Below, one piece after another: positions 8,756 to 17,788 of a DNA stretch of 64,000 nucleotides (positions are counted from its first letter, which is position 1; every line of letters starts with the position of its first letter). Under the pieces are notes generated by a model, which did no database searches, was not told where the DNA came from, and worked only from the letters and a program-made list of their open reading frames with translations. The position numbers and the translations under genes are program-made. The stretch is from a virus: positions 32,001-96,000 of the IMG/VR virus record IMGVR_UViG_3300015370_000568, one strand, 5' to 3'.

Positions 8756-9103
8756 ATGAAAATAAGACTTTGTCATGTTACTAATAGCTCATCTTCCTCT
8801 TTCTGTATTGTAGGAATGGGGATTGATAGCTTTCTACAGATTGCTCATAAGCAAGACCCAGAAAAGTATCCAGAAACTTCTGGAGGCTGGGGAGATCAAT
8901 GGTTTGAAGAGCTTGCAGGACAAGACCTAGCAGAAGGCCAAGAGGCAAGCGAAGTCATTGGTCTAGATATTACTAAAATCAAAGAGAATGAAACTCTTGG
9001 CCAGTTTCGCCAAAGAGTCTGTGATAAACTCCTAGAAGCTACAGGGGTTCAACTGACTCCAAACCAACTATATTTCTGTAAGGATAGTTGGTACGATGGC
9101 TAA
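8756..9103 (+). CDS. NSSSSSF-motif family protein 4
   Basis: Starts MKIRLCHVTNSSSSSF at ATG 8756. Confidence 0.8.
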   Translation: MKIRLCHVTNSSSSSFCIVGMGIDSFLQIAHKQDPEKYPETSGGWGDQWFEELAGQDLAEGQEASEVIGLDITKIKENETLGQFRQRVCDKLLEATGVQLTPNQLYFCKDSWYDG

Positions 9104-9581
9104 AATGCAATATCAGTACAGTATTGGCCAATGGGTAGCTTGTCGAGGCACAGTAGAAGCTGAGTATGAAAATACTGAGGATGAGCCTATATGTGCTCCT
9201 AATGCTCCTCGAAAATTAGTTCGAACAGACTATTCAAATTCTGAAAAAGTCCCTATAGGTCAAATATCAGGGATGAAGCGACTGTTTCTAGGCAAGTATA
9301 GACCTAGACAAGGCTATATGGACGTAGACGGTGGAGGCTATGAGGACCCTTATCTTAAGGTTGAAAGCTCTCAACTAGTCTATCTTGTGCGACAAGGGAT
9401 GTTAAACAAAGAGATTCAAGTTCTGCTAGAAGACCTCAAGCCTCTAGAAAAAGGCTCCTATAAAGCTCCTCTGCCAATACTTCATTCTCCTCCTTGTAAA
9501 ATAGATACAAGGGATAGACAAATGCTTAGTAAAGAGGCTCAAAGCTGGCCACGAGATGCAAAAGGGAGATGGACCAAGTGA
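9096..9581 (+). CDS. hypothetical protein
   Basis: 161 aa ORF, C-terminal PRDAKGRW motif. Confidence 0.7.
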   Translation: MAKMQYQYSIGQWVACRGTVEAEYENTEDEPICAPNAPRKLVRTDYSNSEKVPIGQISGMKRLFLGKYRPRQGYMDVDGGGYEDPYLKVESSQLVYLVRQGMLNKEIQVLLEDLKPLEKGSYKAPLPILHSPPCKIDTRDRQMLSKEAQSWPRDAKGRWTK

Positions 9582-10585
9582 ATGCAGATGTTAGTGCGCT
9601 ACTCAAACTAGTTAATAAAAAGTTTGGCGAGGGAACTCTAGTAATTCTTGGCTCTGACCAAAAGGTAGAAGTCCCTGTTATTCCTACTGGTTCTGTAGGT
9701 CTAGACAGAGCTCTAGGTATTGGTGGTTGGCCGAGAGGAAGAATTGTAGAAGTTTATGGGCCTGAACGAGGAGGCAAGACCACACTTGCTCTACATGCCA
9801 TTGCTGAGTCTCAAAAGCGAGGAGGAATTGCTGCATTTATTGATGCTGAGCATTCTCTTGATGTGGAATATGCCAGGACTATTGGAGTAGACACAGAGAC
9901 TCTTCTATTGTCTCAGCCTATGAGTGCAGAAGATGGTCTTGAGACAGTTGATATGATTGTCCGCAGTGGTACTGTAGACATCATAGTAATTGACTCAGTA
10001 GCAGCTATGGTTCCTAAAGTTGAACTAGAAGGAGAAATGGGCTCTTCTCATATAGGTGTTCAAGCTAGACTAATGGGTCAAGCATTACGAAAGCTTGCAG
10101 CAATTACTAGTAAATCTAATACTCTAATCTTCTTCATCAACCAGATAAGAATGAAGATTGGGGTAATGTATGGGTCGCCCGAAGTTACACCAGGAGGGGA
10201 AGCCTTAAAATTCTTCAGTTCTGTTCGCTGTAGAGTATCTGGTCTTTCAGAACGTAGAAAGAATGACCAGAAGGAAGAGACTGCTGGGCTAACAAGGGTA
10301 AAGGTTGTAAAGAATAAACTGGCCGTTCCATATAAATCTACAGATTTCTGGGTAGTTTTTGGTCAAGGCATTGATAAAAACTATGAGACAATGGAAGCTC
10401 TTCTCAATGCAAATGTACTACAAAAGAATGGTGCCTGGTTTAGCTATAATGGAGAGAATGTAGCTCATGGGAAAGAACAACTCCTAGAATTTGTAGCTAG
10501 TAAAGAATGGGACCTATCTCAATTAGAAATCAAGGTGGATAATGCCTCGGGGCCGGAAGAAGAAGAATCAACCAGTAGCGAGTGA
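9569..10585 (+). CDS. recA: RecA recombinase
   Basis: IPTGSVGLDRALGIGGWPRGRIVEVYGPERGGKTT, FIDAEH, DSVAA, QARLMGQALRK, FINQIR, TPGGEALKF. Confidence 0.97.
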   Translation: MDQVNADVSALLKLVNKKFGEGTLVILGSDQKVEVPVIPTGSVGLDRALGIGGWPRGRIVEVYGPERGGKTTLALHAIAESQKRGGIAAFIDAEHSLDVEYARTIGVDTETLLLSQPMSAEDGLETVDMIVRSGTVDIIVIDSVAAMVPKVELEGEMGSSHIGVQARLMGQALRKLAAITSKSNTLIFFINQIRMKIGVMYGSPEVTPGGEALKFFSSVRCRVSGLSERRKNDQKEETAGLTRVKVVKNKLAVPYKSTDFWVVFGQGIDKNYETMEALLNANVLQKNGAWFSYNGENVAHGKEQLLEFVASKEWDLSQLEIKVDNASGPEEEESTSSE

Positions 10586-10964
10586 AGAAGGAAATATTTT
10601 TCTAAAGATAGGTGATACGTGGCGTATTGGATATTCAGAACATAGTTTTGATGTCCAACAAAGAAGAACAAAAAGAGATGGTTCCGAAGGATGGCGACCA
10701 CCTCTTTACTATAGTACTATGCAAGCCGCCCTTCTATCTATTCTAGACCAAGCCCCAGCTGTTCATCTTGCCAGCTCTATTGAATCAGTAGTACAAGCCT
10801 GGAAGGATGTAGCTAAACAGATAGAAGAAGGAATAGCCAAGGCTAAAGTAATTCCTATTCCACCAGGGACATTAAAGGCCTATGTGGAGTTCAAAACAGG
10901 ACAAGCCGTAACCAAAAATACTGACCAACCAACTAAACGAAGACGACGAAAGGCTACTAAATGA
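10542..10964 (+). CDS. hypothetical basic protein
   Basis: 140 aa ORF with basic termini. Confidence 0.7.
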   Translation: MPRGRKKKNQPVASEEGNIFLKIGDTWRIGYSEHSFDVQQRRTKRDGSEGWRPPLYYSTMQAALLSILDQAPAVHLASSIESVVQAWKDVAKQIEEGIAKAKVIPIPPGTLKAYVEFKTGQAVTKNTDQPTKRRRRKATK

Positions 10965-11188
10965 ATCGCTGGCTTCAAGAAGAACTCAGAAATGTCGAAA
11001 AGAATGAACCTATGTGGCCCGGAGATTCAATCTCACATCAGAACATTAAAGAGCTTACTCGACTTGGTCTAGTAGCAAGAGACCATGAAGGAAACATTCT
11101 ATTGACCATAGCTGGCAGAACATATTTACATTCAGAGAGGCATCAGAATGCAGGAGTATCACCTAGAACTACGGAAGCTAGTATCTAA
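10961..11188 (+). CDS. small winged-helix-like protein
   Basis: IKELTRLGLV...LLTIAGRTYL resembles a wHTH wing. Confidence 0.55.
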   Translation: MNRWLQEELRNVEKNEPMWPGDSISHQNIKELTRLGLVARDHEGNILLTIAGRTYLHSERHQNAGVSPRTTEASI

Positions 11189-11975
11189 AACCAACCTCAA
11201 TTTCGTTCATTACAACGCTAAAGTAGGAGTATCATTAGACATTGATAGTTTTTGCCCTCGTCAACTAGCAGGAAAAGAATGTGCCTATTGCTATGTAAGA
11301 GCAATGAAAGAGCGTTCATTTATGACTCTCAAAGAGACCCAGTACTATGACCCTCAAGACTGGGGAGTTCTTCATTCTCAAAAGTTTCGTCACTTTCTTA
11401 TGCTCTTCCACACTTTAGGTCTTCGCTTTGGAGTCAAGAGACAGTTTATTAGACTATTCTCCAAGAGTGACTATAAAAGAGAACATAAAGGTTTCTGGAC
11501 TCAAGTCCTTAATCTTTGTAAGAAGGAACATGTAAAAACTGTTGTAATTACAAAGCAACAGAAGGCTGTAACAGATTTATCTGACTATGCTACAACAGTT
11601 CAATTTAGTATTGACCGAGTTTCTAATGACAAGACAGTATTAAAGGCTCAAGCAACTCATGCAAGAAACAGCCGTCCTAATGTTGTAGTAAGAGCTGTAG
11701 CTTGTAGTGAACAAGAGATTCTTGCTCTTGGGTCTACAGTTGATATCCTTACTCTTTATCATAACGATGCTCAAGGAGAATTACGCCAAGCTTTGAAACA
11801 GAGCTTCCCAGAGACAGTAGAATCTGCATGGAAGCCAGAGAACTATCAGGGAAGAGTAAGAGCATATATCTGTTGTGCAAGTAAAGGCGACGGGAAACAC
11901 GCAAAGTGTGTATACTGTGGGAATTGTCTTAAGGCATTAGAAAGAAAGAGGAGACAAAATGGGCTATCGCAATAA
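11148..11975 (+). CDS. Fe-S / radical-SAM-like protein (phage gp88-like)
   Basis: C-x8-CAYCY near N-terminus, IRLFSKSD, C-terminal CC...CVYCGNC. Confidence 0.5.
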   Translation: MQEYHLELRKLVSKTNLNFVHYNAKVGVSLDIDSFCPRQLAGKECAYCYVRAMKERSFMTLKETQYYDPQDWGVLHSQKFRHFLMLFHTLGLRFGVKRQFIRLFSKSDYKREHKGFWTQVLNLCKKEHVKTVVITKQQKAVTDLSDYATTVQFSIDRVSNDKTVLKAQATHARNSRPNVVVRAVACSEQEILALGSTVDILTLYHNDAQGELRQALKQSFPETVESAWKPENYQGRVRAYICCASKGDGKHAKCVYCGNCLKALERKRRQNGLSQ

Positions 11976-12348
11976 CTTTGGGCTAGCTATTCTAGGACCA
12001 ACTAGTAAAGTTCATACCTTGCTAGAGATGATTAAAGAAAAGGCTGATTCAACAGCAGATTATGATTCAGAGGCAGGAGTTTATGCTACTATTCTCCTAT
12101 CCTTACAGGAGACAACTAGAGAGGACCTACTTTGGTTCCATGATGAATATGTTAAGTGTCAGGGTGAATGGCATGATGTAATATCACAGATAATGACAGA
12201 TGCCCATGACCTAGGCTGTCATTCAGCCTATTGTAGGATGGGTGAAGACCTAGATGATATTGAGATAGATGAGCTTGGAGTAGGAGATGAGAGTCTAAGG
12301 GTTTATATCCCTGTATTACGAATTCTAGGGGAGCCTGTAGTTCCCTAA
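11959..12348 (+). CDS. hypothetical protein
   Basis: GAGGAG SD, 129 aa. Confidence 0.7.
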   Translation: MGYRNNFGLAILGPTSKVHTLLEMIKEKADSTADYDSEAGVYATILLSLQETTREDLLWFHDEYVKCQGEWHDVISQIMTDAHDLGCHSAYCRMGEDLDDIEIDELGVGDESLRVYIPVLRILGEPVVP

Positions 12349-13268
12349 TGAATTTTGTACATCTACATGTCCACTCAAGCTATTCAACCCAGGATGGAAT
12401 GATTAAGCCATCCGACTTGGTTGATACTTGTCTAACAAAAGGCTTCATTGCGGCTTGTATTACCGACCATGGTAATCTTAGAGCAGCTCCTATTCAATGG
12501 GAAGAGTGTAAAGGAAAGATTAAGTGTATTCTAGGGATAGAAGCATATCTAACAACAGGCTCACGACATGATAAAGACACACAGCAGCCTAAATCTTGTC
12601 ATTTAATTCTTCTGGCCAAGAATAAAAAAGGCTGGCAGAACCTATTAAAACTCAGTACTCTTTCCTTCCTTGAAGGCTTCTACTACAGTCCTAGATTAGA
12701 CTGGGAGCTATTGAATAGTGACCTAGGGAATGACCTTATTGTTCTTAGTGCATGTATGAGAGGCGAGATAAACTTTACCTCAGCCATTGTGGATGATGAT
12801 AAGAATATTCTTGGCTGGGATAGTAATAAAATGCAGACAGCTGTTGAAAAATATCTTGCTCGCTTTGGAGATGATTTCTTCATTGAACTACAAGCTACAG
12901 CTTGGAGTGGTCAAGCTGCTCTAAATGAGCAACTCGTAGACATGGCAGTTAAGACAGGTATTCCCCTAGTAGCAACTACTGATGCCCATTTTTTAACTCA
13001 GGATAGCTATAAAGCTCATCAAGCAATGGTTTCTCTTAGACGAGGGACTAATCTAAAAGAGATAGAAGCAAAAGGTACTGAACTATATGGGTCTTGGTTC
13101 TATCTTCAGACTCCAGAGGAAATGGAACAGTTTCTTCCTTCTAATTATGCTTATGAAGCTCTAAACAATACAGGTATCATAGCTTCAATGATTGAAGAGT
13201 TTGATATTGGATTAAATCCTGGCAAGCCTTTCTTAGTAGAATGGGTTGATGATGGACCCGGTAACTAA
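12348..13268 (+). CDS. dnaE: DNA polymerase III alpha, PHP domain (N-terminal part)
   Basis: FVHLHVHSSYS.QDG, ITDHGN, GIEAY, HLILLAKN, LSACMRGE, ATTDAH. Confidence 0.93.
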   Translation: MNFVHLHVHSSYSTQDGMIKPSDLVDTCLTKGFIAACITDHGNLRAAPIQWEECKGKIKCILGIEAYLTTGSRHDKDTQQPKSCHLILLAKNKKGWQNLLKLSTLSFLEGFYYSPRLDWELLNSDLGNDLIVLSACMRGEINFTSAIVDDDKNILGWDSNKMQTAVEKYLARFGDDFFIELQATAWSGQAALNEQLVDMAVKTGIPLVATTDAHFLTQDSYKAHQAMVSLRRGTNLKEIEAKGTELYGSWFYLQTPEEMEQFLPSNYAYEALNNTGIIASMIEEFDIGLNPGKPFLVEWVDDGPGN

Positions 13269-15822
13269 ACTGACTAGACTAACTCGCGGAGGTATGAAAC
13301 TTCGTGGAGTCGAAGGGAAAAAAGAATATGAAGCCCGGCTTACTTATGAATTAGGAGTTATCACACGTTTCCATCTTGAAAGCTACTTTCTCAATGTCTG
13401 GGACTTAGCAGTTCGCTTTGCCAAGAAACAAGGCATCCTACTAGGTCCCGGTAGAGGCAGTGCGCCATCCTCATTAGTTCTATACTGTCTAGGAGTAACT
13501 CACCTTGACCCTATTCAAGAGAAGCTACCATTTGAGCGATTTCTTAATGAGGGGCGTCTAGAAACTGGTCACTTACCAGACGTTGATTTGGATTTTACCA
13601 AAGCTGGCCGGGAGAAAGTAGTCAAGTATCTCATCGAGAAATACGGAAAAGATAATGTCGTTGGTATCGGTACAGTAGGAACTTATGAAGCTAGGTCCTC
13701 AATTAAATCTGCTGCTCGGGCTTTAGATCTCCCCTACATTGTAGGAGAAAAGCTGAATAAGCTTCTCCCACCACCTCTTCATGGGTTCCCTCTATCTCTA
13801 GCTGAGAGCTATGATAAGGTTCCTGAACTCAGAGCTATGAGGTTTAATCCTGAGTTTGAAGGCACAGATGAGAACCAAGTATTAAGTTTAGCTGAACAGT
13901 TCGAAGGACACGTACAAAATGTAGGTCAGCATCCAGCAGGAATAGTTATCTCGCCTGTCCCTGTTGTTAATCTTGCTCCTCTATGTACTGCTAAGAAGTC
14001 AGAGTTTCCTATTGCTCAATGGACAATGGAGACAGTAGAGAAATTAGGGTTCATCAAGTATGATTTACTAGTCATTTCTAACTTAGATATCATTGAGGAT
14101 ACTATTAAGTTAGTTAAAGACCGTCAAGGTATTGAAATAGATATCTATTCTGTGCCAGATGATGACAGAGTTTGGCGAATGCTGAATACAGGACTCCTTT
14201 CTGGTATCTTTCAGCTAGAAGGTTCACCAGGAATGAAGTCCATGGCGACTAGGATTGGAATGTCATCTCGCCAGCATATTTCTGATATCCTAGCCCTATA
14301 TAGACCTGGTCCAGTATCAGCAGGACTATTAGAACAATACATTAGAGTAAAAAGAGGACAAGATACTTCTAAATATCTTCATCCTGGTCTTCAACCTATA
14401 CTAGAAGAAACATACTCAGCTCTAGTTTATCAAGAGCAAGTACTAAGAATTGCCTCCGAACTAGCTGGGTTTAGTCTCATTGATGCAGATATCATGCGAG
14501 ATATTCTGGGCAAGAAAAAGAAAGAAAAAATGCCCGAACAACGAGAAAAGTTTATCTCTGGACTTATTCAGAACTCAGATTTTACTGAAACCAAGGCTAA
14601 TGAACTATTCGATACTATTGAAGTTTATGCCGCGTACTGCTTTAACCGATCACACAGTAGGGCATATGCTCAGCTCTCTTACTGGACAGCCTATCTTAAG
14701 GCTCTCTATCCTCTTGAGTTCATGCTCTCATTGATGACACATCGCAGAAAGAAGTTAGAAGCTTTCCCGCTCTATATTCATGAGTGTAGAGAGCTAGGAT
14801 TAAAAGTAACCCCGCCGGATATTAACGAAAGCGGAGTCAGCTTTTCTCCTATTGGCAATGACACTCTGCGTTGGGGCCTAGGGGCTGTCAAGGGAGTAGG
14901 TAAAGGGGCCAAGACTATTATTCAAGAAAGAGCCCAGGGTCCATTCAAAAGTGTAGCTGACTTTGTCTTGCGAACACAAGGTCTAAATAGAAAGGTCTAT
15001 GAAGCTCTGATTAAAGCCGGGACTGTTGATTCAATTGTAAAGAACAGAGGTCTAGCATTAGCTGAGTTGGACGCTGCATTGAAACTGAGAGATGATGTTC
15101 CCCGTTATCAAGCAAAGCTTGCTACTTATGAGAAGCGCTTGCTTCAAGCAGAAGAACGACTGATTGAGATAGATAAATTAGTCGCCGCTAATACTCCTAA
15201 ATCTAAGGTTCCTAAACCTTTCAAAGAACCAGAGAAGCCTAAAGCTCCTGAACTCACCGTCTTTGATAGTGAGCCTTCCAGTCAGACAGAAGACCTCAAC
15301 TGGGAAAAAGAACTACTAGGAACTTATGTCTCAAGTCATCCTGCTGCTCTAGCTTATGTTGAGACCCAACCAATTGATACAGCAATTGCTGAGGCTATTG
15401 ATGGTCAAGGTATTCAACTATCGGGAGTAATTGATGAGGTAACTGTTAAGAGGTCAAAAGCAGGGAGACAATTTGCAACAGGTACTCTTAGTGATAGTAC
15501 TGGGCAAATACGTTTCCTTTGTTTTGAAGATACAGTTAAGGCTCGCCGGGCTCTATTAAAAACTGGAAGTCTTGTAAAACTTACAGGAAAGATACAACGA
15601 AGAGAAGAAGCAGAAGACCCAGAAATAATTGTTGGAGATGTCCATATTCTAGGTAAAAAACATGAGACCAGACAAGCAATGAGTATCAAGTCAGATAGGA
15701 TCCTTACGCCTACGGGAGTAAGAGACTTCCTTGAAGAGACAGAATGGCATAGACGACCAGACCCCTTCTCTCTTACGATTCAAATGCAATCAGGAACACG
15801 AGTAATTCTTACACGAGGTTAA
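13249..15822 (+). CDS. dnaE: DNA polymerase III alpha, palm/fingers/HhH/OB part
   Basis: GPGRGSA, FERFLN, PDVDLDF catalytic motif, HPAG, KYDLL, FQLE, LYRPGP, YQEQ, FNRSH, PDINES, OB domain. Confidence 0.95.
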   Translation: MMDPVTKLTRLTRGGMKLRGVEGKKEYEARLTYELGVITRFHLESYFLNVWDLAVRFAKKQGILLGPGRGSAPSSLVLYCLGVTHLDPIQEKLPFERFLNEGRLETGHLPDVDLDFTKAGREKVVKYLIEKYGKDNVVGIGTVGTYEARSSIKSAARALDLPYIVGEKLNKLLPPPLHGFPLSLAESYDKVPELRAMRFNPEFEGTDENQVLSLAEQFEGHVQNVGQHPAGIVISPVPVVNLAPLCTAKKSEFPIAQWTMETVEKLGFIKYDLLVISNLDIIEDTIKLVKDRQGIEIDIYSVPDDDRVWRMLNTGLLSGIFQLEGSPGMKSMATRIGMSSRQHISDILALYRPGPVSAGLLEQYIRVKRGQDTSKYLHPGLQPILEETYSALVYQEQVLRIASELAGFSLIDADIMRDILGKKKKEKMPEQREKFISGLIQNSDFTETKANELFDTIEVYAAYCFNRSHSRAYAQLSYWTAYLKALYPLEFMLSLMTHRRKKLEAFPLYIHECRELGLKVTPPDINESGVSFSPIGNDTLRWGLGAVKGVGKGAKTIIQERAQGPFKSVADFVLRTQGLNRKVYEALIKAGTVDSIVKNRGLALAELDAALKLRDDVPRYQAKLATYEKRLLQAEERLIEIDKLVAANTPKSKVPKPFKEPEKPKAPELTVFDSEPSSQTEDLNWEKELLGTYVSSHPAALAYVETQPIDTAIAEAIDGQGIQLSGVIDEVTVKRSKAGRQFATGTLSDSTGQIRFLCFEDTVKARRALLKTGSLVKLTGKIQRREEAEDPEIIVGDVHILGKKHETRQAMSIKSDRILTPTGVRDFLEETEWHRRPDPFSLTIQMQSGTRVILTRG

Positions 15823-15823
15823 T

Positions 15824-15964
15824 ATGTCCGAACAAAAGAAACCTGACAATGGTATACCTCTCTTTCCTTTACTATGTGCCGGGGTAATTATTACCTCAAT
15901 AGCTCTTCCTGCTCTGCTAATTGCTGGAGGACTCTATCTACTTACCAGAGGTAAAGATGACTGA
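15824..15964 (+). CDS. 46 aa single-TM membrane protein (not in ORF track)
   Basis: GAGGT SD, MSEQKKPDNGIPLFPLLCAGVIITSIALPALLIAGGLYLLTRGKDD*; fills the gap exactly. Confidence 0.7.
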   Translation: MSEQKKPDNGIPLFPLLCAGVIITSIALPALLIAGGLYLLTRGKDD

Positions 15965-16307
15965 CATTATTGCTTACATTGCCGGTCCCTACCGAGCTAA
16001 GACAGAGTGGGAAGTAAACAGGAACATTGAACGAGCTAGACTAGTAGCTGCAAGAGTAGCAAAGCTCGGCCTTATGTTCATCTGTCCACATCTGAATAGT
16101 GCTCATATGGGAGGCACTGAGCCAGAAGAGATAGGTCAAGATTTCTGGCTAGAAGGATACCTAGAAATTCTTAGCCGCTGCGACTTAATTGTCTTTACAG
16201 AAGGGTGGGAAGATTCACAAGGCTCAGTAGCTGAAGAGGGACTAGCCCATCAGCTAGGCCTCAACATCTACTATTCAATTGAGGAGCTAGAAAAAGAAGG
16301 GGTGTAG
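15957..16307 (+). CDS. DUF4406 / nucleoside 2-deoxyribosyltransferase-like protein
   Basis: YIAGPY, FICPH, LSRCD, GWEDSQGSVAE. Confidence 0.8.
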   Translation: MTDIIAYIAGPYRAKTEWEVNRNIERARLVAARVAKLGLMFICPHLNSAHMGGTEPEEIGQDFWLEGYLEILSRCDLIVFTEGWEDSQGSVAEEGLAHQLGLNIYYSIEELEKEGV

Positions 16308-16314
16308 TGAAAGC

Positions 16315-16989
16315 ATGGAAGAAACAATCAGAGACCTCTATCGAGAAGTAGATAACTGTCAAGACTGTGAGTTATATCTCCTACATTCTCGTACACCTAG
16401 ACCTAGACCTGTAGGTAATCCTCGGTCTAAGGTTATGGTTATTGGTGAGTGTCCAGGAGAAGTAGAAGAGCGACTCTCTAAAGTCTTTGTAGGTCCTGCT
16501 GGCCAATTATTAGGGAGAATGCTACAGGCCATTGATGTTGATGTCTATGAAGACGTCTACCTTTGTAACGTAGCTAAGTGTAGGCCAGCATCAGCATCAG
16601 GGTCAGGACGACAGAATGACACACCTATGCTTGAGTACAGACAGATTTGTACCAAGAAGTTTCTATCCCGTGAGATGGATATTATCAGGCCCAAAGCTAT
16701 TATTGCTCTAGGTAAGTCCGCTACGATTGCTTTGACTGGCCACCCAACGACTGTAACAATGCGGCGGCTTCTAGGGCTTCACCCCCCGACAACAGACGTA
16801 AAGCTTCAAGATAGAGTACTTTGGAGGACACCAGATAATTCAGAAGACCTAGAATGGATATACGCAATTTATCATCCAAGCATGTTTTTACATACAAGTA
16901 GTGATGAACAAAAGACAATTGAACTTAAGAGGGTACAATGGGAACATCTAAAAGAAATCGCAAAGTTACTAAATCAAATCAAAGGGTAA
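16315..16989 (+). CDS. udg: uracil-DNA glycosylase family 4
   Basis: CQDC, IGECPG..E, FVGPAG, NVAKCRP, YHPS. Confidence 0.92.
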   Translation: MEETIRDLYREVDNCQDCELYLLHSRTPRPRPVGNPRSKVMVIGECPGEVEERLSKVFVGPAGQLLGRMLQAIDVDVYEDVYLCNVAKCRPASASGSGRQNDTPMLEYRQICTKKFLSREMDIIRPKAIIALGKSATIALTGHPTTVTMRRLLGLHPPTTDVKLQDRVLWRTPDNSEDLEWIYAIYHPSMFLHTSSDEQKTIELKRVQWEHLKEIAKLLNQIKG

Positions 16990-17405
16990 GACGAACAGAG
17001 TTTGGCCAATCAATGGCTACAATAGCACAAGGGATGCTATTACAGGCAGGTGATGCAACCTACCAATTATCAAGACTCGTAGACCTAGTCCTCCATGCCT
17101 GCCAATCGTTGGCTGTGAAAGACCAGGCTGAGTGGGTAGATGCTGAGCAAGGGTTAGTTCGGTTTAAGACAGAATTGCAGGCTAAAGTTCAACAACTATT
17201 AGGAGGAGTAGGACAGTATGGACCAGCAGGAAGTGAATCGACAAGTGACAGCAGCTCTAGAGGAATTCAACCAGAAGATGGAGATGTTAGAGGGGGAACT
17301 GGGAATGTTGAGGAGACAGTATGCCGAAGTGGGGAAGACGCTGTTACAGGTGACTCAGAACCATATAGCCTTGGAGACAGCGATGAGGAACAAAGGGCTG
17401 ATTAG
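16938..17405 (+). CDS. hypothetical protein (start may be 17013)
   Basis: Helical N-part; acidic tail overlaps next gene. Confidence 0.55.
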   Translation: MGTSKRNRKVTKSNQRVRRTEFGQSMATIAQGMLLQAGDATYQLSRLVDLVLHACQSLAVKDQAEWVDAEQGLVRFKTELQAKVQQLLGGVGQYGPAGSESTSDSSSRGIQPEDGDVRGGTGNVEETVCRSGEDAVTGDSEPYSLGDSDEEQRAD

Positions 17406-17511
17406 TCGAGCGGAGATTGAAACGGCTTATGACGAAAAAATCAATGAGCTCATCCAACAAGGGACCAATCCAGCGACCGGGATGCCTTTGGTCAACAGAT
17501 GGCCACACTAG
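17218..17511 (+). CDS. coiled-coil hypothetical protein
   Basis: AGGAGG SD, heptad pattern. Confidence 0.75.
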   Translation: MDQQEVNRQVTAALEEFNQKMEMLEGELGMLRRQYAEVGKTLLQVTQNHIALETAMRNKGLISRAEIETAYDEKINELIQQGTNPATGMPLVNRWPH

Positions 17512-17788
17512 GAACTGGATTGCTGCTACAGTAAAACGGCTACAGGACCAAACACAGCAACTAGTAGAGGCAATGACAAAGGTTAGAGACCTGGCTCATG
17601 ATACTGGCGAGGATTTCTATAATCTCATTGAGATATACCAAGAGATGAGTTTCGTGCAAAAACAGGCTTATGAAGCTGCTGGTATATTAGAGAACATTCT
17701 TAATGAAGAGGAAGTAAACTCAGAGGTCCATGCTAAACTTCAGGAAGTATGGGATCTGCTTACTAAAGCTTCTGATGCTCTGCTATAG
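17417..17788 (+). CDS. helical hypothetical protein (start uncertain)
   Basis: Last ORF of plus arm. Confidence 0.6.
   Translation: MKRLMTKKSMSSSNKGPIQRPGCLWSTDGHTRNWIAATVKRLQDQTQQLVEAMTKVRDLAHDTGEDFYNLIEIYQEMSFVQKQAYEAAGILENILNEEEVNSEVHAKLQEVWDLLTKASDALL

Noticed and set aside
4788-8810. DNA repeat or regulatory element at the starts of the NSSSSSF genes
   Set aside because: Nucleotide sequences differ at most synonymous positions; conservation is at protein level
13240-13270. Group I intron or split intein in dnaE
   Set aside because: The ORFs overlap with no intervening sequence and no intein terminal motifs
15921-15956. Track start of the DUF4406-like ORF at 15921
   Set aside because: Region is better explained by the 46 aa TM gene 15824..15964, with the true start at ATG 15957
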